A stretch of DNA of 44,273 nucleotides from an uncultured bacterium (GTDB lineage Bacteria; Patescibacteriota; Minisyncoccia; Minisyncoccales; UBA10102), in assembly GCA_913054235.1 (NCBI GenBank), contig CAJXJI010000002.1:1-44273 (forward strand). Direction: 5' to 3'. Below the pieces are notes generated by a model that worked only from the letters and a program-made list of their open reading frames with translations, searched no databases and was not told the DNA's origin. This document shows positions 44,158 through 44,273 of this stretch, piece by piece; the stretch's first letter is position 1; each line of letters begins with the position of its first letter. The position numbers and the translations under genes were made by a program.

Positions 44158-44273
44158 ATTGTATGTTAAAAGAAATAGCTTAATTATACGTTTGTGTGGC
44201 AACTCAAGACTAAAACTCGACTCTGTTTCCCTTTAAGCGCTCCTCAAACATGATAATGCTAGCATGCAACATG

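Noticed and set aside
42736-44236. Plus-strand ORFs 42736-42936, 43135-43386 and 43895-44236.
   Set aside because: They are antisense to the ComEC relic, the 65-aa gene and the cold-shock gene respectively. No supporting motifs or start contexts.

Overview
AT-rich, very gene-dense bacterial window, transcribed almost entirely on the minus strand. It is dominated by the conserved translation super-cluster. In transcription order this runs rpsL-rpsG-fusA-tuf-rpsJ, then the S10/spc block rplC to rplO, then secY-adk-map. It resumes at infA-rpmJ-rpsM-rpsK-rpsD-rpoA-rplQ-rplM-rpsI. Housekeeping genes sit around it: gatCA, two mreB paralogues, proS, rseP, frr, holB, murA, alaS, mnmA, folKP, tpiA and ndk. 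A tRNA-fMet/Met/Asp cluster is also present.

Several features fit a reduced Candidate Phyla Radiation/Patescibacteria-type genome, which is an inference only:
- L30 is absent between rpsE and rplO.
- Housekeeping proteins are domain-minimised: RpoA lacks the alpha-CTD, AlaRS lacks C-Ala, ProRS lacks the INS domain, and S4 lacks its N-terminal segment.
- Several ribosomal proteins carry Lys-rich extensions.
- TGA is used as a stop codon.

Three genes are missing from the ORF track because they fall under 60 aa: rpmJ, a DUF5679 zinc-ribbon gene and a ComEC relic.

The non-routine signals are all non-coding or small:
1. 1-540: a tandem array of promoter / small structured RNA / terminator modules separated by a repeated 23-34 nt cassette. 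One module is a 174-nt RNA with a tRNA-like acceptor/T-arm/CCA end.
2. 34770-35075: a 306-bp insert that splits rpsJ from rplC. It carries its own terminator, two near-consensus promoters and a ~100-nt structured RNA.
3. 43572-43953: a GC-enriched, hairpin-rich 380-bp region upstream of the DUF5679 gene.
4. 40913-40983: a degenerate tRNA-like element.
5. 36679-36891: a Phd/YefM-like acidic mini-protein wedged between fusA and tuf.

No CRISPR array, transposase, integrase or recognisable defence system was seen.
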